Positions 52,198 to 57,981 of a stretch of 57,981 bases of DNA are shown one piece after another (position 1 is the first letter of the stretch; the number at the start of each line of letters is the position of its first letter). The translations under genes were made by a program, and so were the position numbers. Source of the DNA: a virus (taxonomy: Duplodnaviria > Caudoviricetes); the IMG/VR virus record IMGVR_UViG_3300024960_000061, positions 1 to 57,981 of that record; one strand, written 5' to 3'. The notes under the pieces were generated by a model, which worked only from the letters and a program-made list of their open reading frames with translations, was not told where the DNA came from and ran no database searches.

Positions 52198-52650
52198 GTC
52201 GTCTCCTTCTCAGCAGCTGCGGGCGTGCGGACGTCCCCGAGAAACGGCCCGCCGTGGGCAACCGCTAAGGTCACCCCTAGCACCGGCCCAAGAGCTGCGC
52301 CCGACGATCCGACAGACCTCTCGATCACCTGCCAAGTGAGCCGAATCACGCCCCAGCGTCTCCTGCTTCCTTGGCCCCCGCCTGCGTCAGATTGGCGCTC
52401 GCGGAGTTCACCGCCCGAGCGTAGCCGATGGCGTACGACCAGTGCCATCGCAATGCGTGGAGCCGTGATGCGTGGAGCCGAGATTTGTCGCGCACGACCC
52501 GGGTTTCACCTGGGGGCCGCGCCGCTGTGGTTGGCCGGCGCGCACCGGTGGGTTGGCCCGCGCGCACCTGCGGTGTTCCCCAAGGGCAGTGGACACGGGC
52601 GGCGATCGGACTCGCCCGCCTGGGAGCTCGGGGAGAACGAGACCAGAGAC

Positions 52651-53125
52651 ATGAGTCGAACGACGAACGAGACGCCTCAGTCGGGGCTACCGACGACCGC
52701 CGAGAGTGAGGACGTGCGCACGCGCCCCGGCCGCTGCTCGGTCGCGGGCCGCCAGGCCGCGGTGCTCGAGCTCTTCGCGGGCAAGGCCATGCAAGGCCAT
52801 GATCGACCAGCTCGCCCGCCGCTTCGGGGGCCACCCGGAGACCATCGAGCAATGGCGCTCCGTGGCCCTGGGCGGCATCCACGAAGCCTTCGCCAAGGGC
52901 TCCAAGTTCCCCAAGGAGCGCGAGCTGGAGCGCAAGAACCGCCAGCTCTGTGACGCGGTCACCGAGGGCTCCATCCGCGAGGCCGTGCTCAAGCGGTAGC
53001 TGGAGGCCGCTCGCGGCGCGCGCCCTACACTGCCCGCGAAGTCGCGGCTGTGGCACGGGCACGGCGCGTCGCATGAGGGGCGTGCGCGGCGCCCCTGGGG
53101 TTCAGCTGGACTACCTCTGCGCCGA
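52651..53125 (+). pseudogene. IS3-family transposase OrfA remnant
   Basis: AVLELFAGK / IDQLARRFG.HPETIEQWR...ELERKNRQL; frameshifted by a GCAAGGCCAT duplication (52781-52800); in-frame TAG at 52997. Confidence 0.7.
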
Positions 53126-53147
53126 GGGTTTCGAACGGACCGCCGCT

Positions 53148-54152
53148 CTACTCGGGGGCGCAGCGGCGCTCACGAAACCGCGGCACCAGCCGGTCGCCCG
53201 CCCACAGGAAGCGCGCCGTGACGGAGCAGACCCGGAGCCGCGATCCGCGCACCGTCGGCGACTCGCCGGTGACGGTGAGCCCGTCCGGGTCGAGCCACGG
53301 TCCGCCGCCGAAGTCGCCGGGCCCGCCGGTGACGTCGAAGCCCTCGGAGTGGCTCCAGGCGGTGTGCGCCTCGGGCGACGCGGGCGAGCTCTCGAGGATC
53401 GCCCACTCGCGCGACTGCCAGCGGGACCACGACCGCGTGTGCAGCGCTTGGATCAGCGCGCGCACCCGCGACGCGTGCCACAGCGGCCGGAGCGCGACCT
53501 CCCCGAAGGCCGCCGCCTCGTACGAGGGCGCCGGCGGCTCGAAGCGGAAGGCCAGCACCGCCTCCCCGGTGTCGAGCCGGAACCCGTACACCGCCGTGTC
53601 GCTGGTGACGTTCACGCGCTGAGCCGCCAGCACCCACCAGATAGCGCCCTCGGTGGAGTCGTGCGGCCCGATCACGTCCAGCCGGACGAGGCTGCCGTAA
53701 GCGACGTCGTCGCCGCCGCCCTCCTGGTCGAAGAGGGGGAACGGGCCGACGCCCGCGCGCTCGGTCGGCCCGGTGAGGCGCGCGCGGATCGCCGCGGCGT
53801 CCGAGTCGAGCTCCCCGTGCGCGACCTCGCCCATCACAGCCACGATCCAGGCGAGCGTTCGCGCGCGCATTTGCGCGAAGAGCGCGCGGGCGTCGGCGGG
53901 GATCTCCTGCTCGCCCGTGTACTCGAAGGGCCGCAGCGCGGCGCGTGCCGCGACCATCGCCGCGACCTCCGGCGGCGTCGGGGGCGCGGGCTGCTCCTCA
54001 GCAACCGCGGCGGGATCCGCGGCCGTCGCCGACTCGGGGCACGACGGTGCCGCCGCGCGCTCGGGCGGCGGGGCTCCCGGGCGCGTCTGCACCGTCCGGG
54101 TGCAGGCCGTCAGCAACGCGAGCAGCAGGGTCGCCCGTCGCCCGACGCCCAC
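53148..54152 (-). CDS. Putative lipoprotein
   Basis: RRATLLLALLTAC lipobox; start uncertain. Confidence 0.55.
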   Translation of the reverse strand: MGVGRRATLLLALLTACTRTVQTRPGAPPPERAAAPSCPESATAADPAAVAEEQPAPPTPPEVAAMVAARAALRPFEYTGEQEIPADARALFAQMRARTLAWIVAVMGEVAHGELDSDAAAIRARLTGPTERAGVGPFPLFDQEGGGDDVAYGSLVRLDVIGPHDSTEGAIWWVLAAQRVNVTSDTAVYGFRLDTGEAVLAFRFEPPAPSYEAAAFGEVALRPLWHASRVRALIQALHTRSWSRWQSREWAILESSPASPEAHTAWSHSEGFDVTGGPGDFGGGPWLDPDGLTVTGESPTVRGSRLRVCSVTARFLWAGDRLVPRFRERRCAPE

Positions 54153-54267
54153 GCCCGCGTGGCTCCAGGCCCACAATGATCGCCCCGGCCGAATGCCGCC
54201 CATCATGGTCGTGCGCATGGTCGACGGCGCACAGCACGCGATGTGCCCGCCCCTCCCCGCTGGGGGG

Positions 54268-54701
54268 TCACCCCGCATCGGGGTACGCGCCCATCGCGCG
54301 CCACGGCCGGTCGGGCAGGCACGCGCTCCCGCGCTGAATCGTCGCCCTGTCGCAGCCGCCGTACTGCGACGCCACCGGGAGGCTCAGGCACCCATTGGAC
54401 ACGCAGCGCCCGCGCGCGGTCGCGCAGCCCATCGCGTACTCGCGCACCTCGTTGGCGGAGGAGTCGGCGTTCGACCCGCACTGCCGCGCGACCGGTCCCG
54501 CATCGGGCACCACGCAGTCCAGCAGCGTGCAGCCCGCCTGACCGCCGGCCATACACGCACAGGTGCTGCAGCCGTCGGGCGCACGCCACGTCTGGCCACC
54601 GCGCAGCGGCCCGTTGGGAAGTCGCAGACCAGGGCCGGTCCGGTGTCGGCGCCCGCATCGGCGCTCGCGTCGGTGGTCGTCCCGGCGCCCGCGGTGGTCA
54701 A
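54268..54701 (-). pseudogene. Degenerate Cys-rich DAG-repeat secreted protein
   Basis: DASADAGADTG and Cys-rich segments split over frames. Confidence 0.35.
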
Positions 54702-54729
54702 AAATCAGCGGATCCAGTGGCCGTCTACA

Positions 54730-55451
54730 CCAGCACGGTCACCGCGCTCTGCGCGCTGCTCACATCTCCCGATCGAGCTACTACGCGGCGCGACGCGCAT
54801 GCGAGCACGACCCGGCGGCCGCCGCCACGCCGTCGGCGACCGAGGAGCGATCGGCCGAGACAAGGGACGATCGACACCCACCCAGGGGTCGACGGCTCGC
54901 TGCGTCGGTCGAGCGCGTGGTGGCAGGCCTGCGCGAGGTCGTCTCGTGGTACCCCGCCTGGGGCGTGTGCAAGGTTTGGGCGACGCTGCGGCGCGACGGG
55001 CTGGTGGTGGCGCGCAAGCGGGGCAGGGCGCTGAAGAAGCGCGCGGGGCTGCTCATCCGCGCCTCGCAAGGCCGTGGCGTCGCCGCGCGAGCACGTCTGG
55101 GTGCCCGAGCCCAACCGGCGGTTCGCCACGGACCTGACGCTGGTGTGGACGCGGCGCAAGGGGTGGGTGGCCGTGGCGCCGACGATCGACTGCGGGTGCC
55201 GAGGCGTGCTGGGACTCGTGGTGTCCCGGAGCCGGGAGGCTCGGGTGGTGCTGGCGTCCGTCGATCAGGCCCTGAAGGCGGCGTTCGGGGAGCCGTTGGG
55301 GGTGGAGCGTATTCTCGACCACGGGTCGCAGTACACGGGCGGGGATTGCCGCGCGCTGCTGGGGTGCTGGGGCGTCGAGCAGACCTTCTCGCCGGTGGGC
55401 CGCCCGACGTGGTACGCGGTCGTGGAGCCGCTCAGATCAGGAACCGGCTGA
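54730..55451 (+). pseudogene. IS3-family transposase OrfB (DDE) remnant
   Basis: ISRSSYY, WG..KVWA.L, PNRRFATDLT, DHGSQYT; frameshifted and truncated. Confidence 0.8.
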
Positions 55452-55467
55452 CGCCCGTGAGCTGCTG

Positions 55468-56568
55468 GTGTGGGGCGGCCCCTTCGTCGACACCGGTGCC
55501 AGCGCCCAGTATGCGCCCGCCGGCGGCGCCGACACGGATGGCGGCGCGCGGGAGCTGTGGACGGGCGCGCCGTTCGCCTCGCCCGAGCGCTGGAGGTCGT
55601 GTAGGGTCTGGCCGGATCTGCTAGTGCCCACTCAGGAAACAGGCCGGTTTCGCTTCGCGTGGTGGAACACGAGTTTCAATCGCAGCCGTCCGAAGGGCAA
55701 TGGGACGGGCCCGAAAGCGACGAAAGCGATTGCGGACCACAAGGAGCGAACCGAACTCGCTGAAAACGTGATCCGCGAGCTACTCCAGACTGCTGACTGT
55801 GTCGCACTCGGCGAGGTTGAGGCGGACGAACACCTGGGCCTCGAGCAAGCGCTTGGCGGGGCGGCGCTGTCCTGGTACCGAGACGACAGCCGCGGGCTGA
55901 GCCTGGCAATCAACACGAGCGTGGCCACGCTGGTTTCGGACCTTCGTCATCGCACCCGGGAGGGGACGCGGAACTTCCACACGGCGTGGCAGGCGTCACT
56001 GTGGCTGATCCACGCGCCTGCTCAGCTGGACCTCTACGTCGTGCATTGGCCTTCAGACGTTGGCGCGCCCGCCGGAGCCCACCGGCGAACCCTGGGTCAG
56101 AACCTGAGGCACATCGTGGCCGACTGTCCCGCTCCGCCGAGCGGTACGCGTGGGCACCAGATCGTCCTCGGCGACTTCAACGAAGAGCCGTTCGACGAAG
56201 GATTGGCGCAGGGGCTGCTCGCGGGGCGGGACCGTTATCGCGTGCGGAGCGCCGACCCGCCCGGCGCGTTCCTCTACAACCCGTGCTGGCGGATGCTCGG
56301 CGAACAGCGGCCGTGGCCTACTACCGCGCCGATCGCTCCCGCCGGCTCCGCCTATCATCCGGGCAGCGGGAGTTCTCGCTGGCGGACCATCGACCAGGTT
56401 GTGCTGAGCGGCGGATTGTTGGGCGACGACGGCTGGGTGCTCGACGAGAAGGCGCTCCAGTACGTGGAGCACAAGGACATCTTCGACCCGGCCGCTGGCA
56501 CCCTGGTAAATCGATTCGATCACCTTCCGCTCATCGGCAGTCTCGTCCACCTCAAACAAGGTCCGTGA
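55468..56568 (+). CDS. Endonuclease/exonuclease/phosphatase (EEP) family protein
   Basis: AWWN, LGEV, HWPS, LGDFNEEPF, DQV, DHLP; true start may be GTG 55624. Confidence 0.85.
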   Translation: MWGGPFVDTGASAQYAPAGGADTDGGARELWTGAPFASPERWRSCRVWPDLLVPTQETGRFRFAWWNTSFNRSRPKGNGTGPKATKAIADHKERTELAENVIRELLQTADCVALGEVEADEHLGLEQALGGAALSWYRDDSRGLSLAINTSVATLVSDLRHRTREGTRNFHTAWQASLWLIHAPAQLDLYVVHWPSDVGAPAGAHRRTLGQNLRHIVADCPAPPSGTRGHQIVLGDFNEEPFDEGLAQGLLAGRDRYRVRSADPPGAFLYNPCWRMLGEQRPWPTTAPIAPAGSAYHPGSGSSRWRTIDQVVLSGGLLGDDGWVLDEKALQYVEHKDIFDPAAGTLVNRFDHLPLIGSLVHLKQGP

Positions 56569-56570
56569 AG

Positions 56571-57077
56571 ATGTCCGATTATAAAGACGCATTCCGTAAA
56601 GGGTTGACGGCGTACGGGCAGTACGCGGCCGCAGAGAAGGAGGTTCGCCTCGTCCTCGCACGCGCATCCGAGGAACTCTCCGCGGCGACTGACGGTGCCT
56701 TGCAGCTCCAGTGGGCCACCCTGACCCGCGATGCACGCCCGCCGACGCTCATGGAGACGGTCACCCGCTCGCCCCCTCCGCAAGAGAGTTACCGCGCAAT
56801 CACGGCCAAGGTGGGCGCGAAAGTGGTCGAACTGGCTCGCCTTGACCTCGACGACCGAACTGGCTGGCCAGCGACACTGGCCTACGCCAGGGAACACGAG
56901 ATTTGCAGCGACGCGACCGCCTTGGAGAGGGCGCTCATCGAGATGCTCGGGACTCAACGCGCGGGGAGGCTGCTGAGCAGTATCGGGGCTGCCTTGCTTC
57001 CAGACGAGCCCGCTCCCACCCAGGCGCAGGAGGGCCCCGGCGTGGACGGTTCGGCCGAAGTTGAGAAGAAGGACTGA
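56571..57077 (+). CDS. Hypothetical partner of the EEP protein
   Basis: ATG 2 nt after the EEP stop; MSDYKDAFRKGL...GWP...CSD..ALE.AL. Confidence 0.7.
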   Translation: MSDYKDAFRKGLTAYGQYAAAEKEVRLVLARASEELSAATDGALQLQWATLTRDARPPTLMETVTRSPPPQESYRAITAKVGAKVVELARLDLDDRTGWPATLAYAREHEICSDATALERALIEMLGTQRAGRLLSSIGAALLPDEPAPTQAQEGPGVDGSAEVEKKD

Positions 57078-57108
57078 TCGCTGCGGCGTTGCCGTTCGGC
57101 CGAGTCTG

Positions 57109-57981
57109 TTATTCCGAGCGACCATCCCGGCGAAGCTGCGTCTCCAAGGGTCGTCGGGCCTCCTCAGCCAGCGAGGCGCCTGGCGGGACACTCGGAGCGT
57201 TCCTGGTCCAAACCCTTCTCACCGTGTTCGGCAGCCACCGGCCGCCACGCTGCGTCGGGTGGCCCTCGTTTGCGAGCTGGCAGGCGATGGCAGCGAACGA
57301 TCGCCCCTCCCCTCGTAGCGCGCGGATGCGCTCGATGATCGCGAACTGCTCGTCCACAGGCTCAAGGACTCGGCGCCCCGTCGTCGGGTCGGTCGCCTTG
57401 GCGTGCCGCCAGCCGAGCGCCGCTCGACCGAGGACCACACCTTCGGCGCGAAGGTGGGCTAGCGCGTCCGCCGTTCGCTCCCCGATGGCCTCCCGCTCCC
57501 ACTGGGCAACGGTCATCAGGATGAACAACGTCATGCGGCCAGCCGCCGTGCGTGTGTCGATCTGGTCGGCTACGGACACCAGCGCCCATCGCCCCTCGGC
57601 GAAGTAGGTCTCGATGAGTAGGCCCAGGTCCACCACCCGACGCGTCAGCCGGTCGAGCTTCGGCACCAGCAGCGCGTCGGCCTGGTGCTCCCGCAGCATC
57701 GCCAGCGCGCGCTGTAGCCCGGGGCGGTCGAGCGTCTTCGCGCTCAACCCTTCGTCTGCCTCGACCGAGAGCAGCTCGAGGTCGTGCGCGGCGCAGTGGG
57801 CCCGCAACTTCGCCCGCTGGGCGTCGAGCGAGACGCCCTCGTCGGCCTGGCGCTCGGTGCTTACCCGCACGTAGCCCACGACCCGTGTCAGCGTCGGCCC
57901 GGCCGCGGCATCGCTGGTGCCCGGACGGGCCTTCGATCGGCTTCCGCGAGGCCGTCCACCGCGGTTCACTGGGAGGTTCAT
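57109..57981 (-). CDS. Serine recombinase (resolvase plus recombinase domain)
   Basis: GYVRVST..Q, DEGLS, RPGL, KLDRLTR, ERE.I.ERT. Confidence 0.9.
   Translation of the reverse strand: MNLPVNRGGRPRGSRSKARPGTSDAAAGPTLTRVVGYVRVSTERQADEGVSLDAQRAKLRAHCAAHDLELLSVEADEGLSAKTLDRPGLQRALAMLREHQADALLVPKLDRLTRRVVDLGLLIETYFAEGRWALVSVADQIDTRTAAGRMTLFILMTVAQWEREAIGERTADALAHLRAEGVVLGRAALGWRHAKATDPTTGRRVLEPVDEQFAIIERIRALRGEGRSFAAIACQLANEGHPTQRGGRWLPNTVRRVWTRNAPSVPPGASLAEEARRPLETQLRRDGRSE

Noticed and set aside
52453-52480. ATGCGTGGAGCCG direct repeat x2
   Set aside because: Only two copies and no associated feature to give it meaning.

Overview
Very GC-rich DNA, probably from a myxobacterium (inferred from GC content and Cys-rich DAG-repeat lipoproteins). 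Almost the whole window is mobile-element DNA. Bases ~1-45.2 kb are a mosaic myovirus prophage. It has plus-strand early/accessory genes (1-7 kb) and a long minus-strand late region: ParB-methyltransferase, PLP enzyme, terminase, Mu-type portal and capsid, S49 protease, sheath, tube, frameshifted chaperone, tape measure, baseplate, fibres and lysis. Two cargo insertions interrupt the tail operon. The 3' half of a tRNA-Arg(ACG) gene (att core, 45230-45273) lies inside the reading frame of a tyrosine integrase. Right of it is a capsid-less, satellite-like module (integrase, helicase, primase, HTH regulators), then IS3 remnants, an EEP-nuclease gene pair and a serine recombinase. Strongest candidates for novelty: (1) a Fis-like HTH/operator/promoter/5'-hairpin/PDLDFP-peptide cassette present twice with identical spacing but different operators; (2) a ParB-MTase plus PLP-enzyme pair coupled to terminase, possibly a DNA hypermodification pathway; (3) an MqsR-like toxin whose MqsA-type zinc finger is fused to a ~420-aa region in place of the HTH; (4) the att-within-integrase junction. 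Family names come from motif recognition by eye, not database searches.
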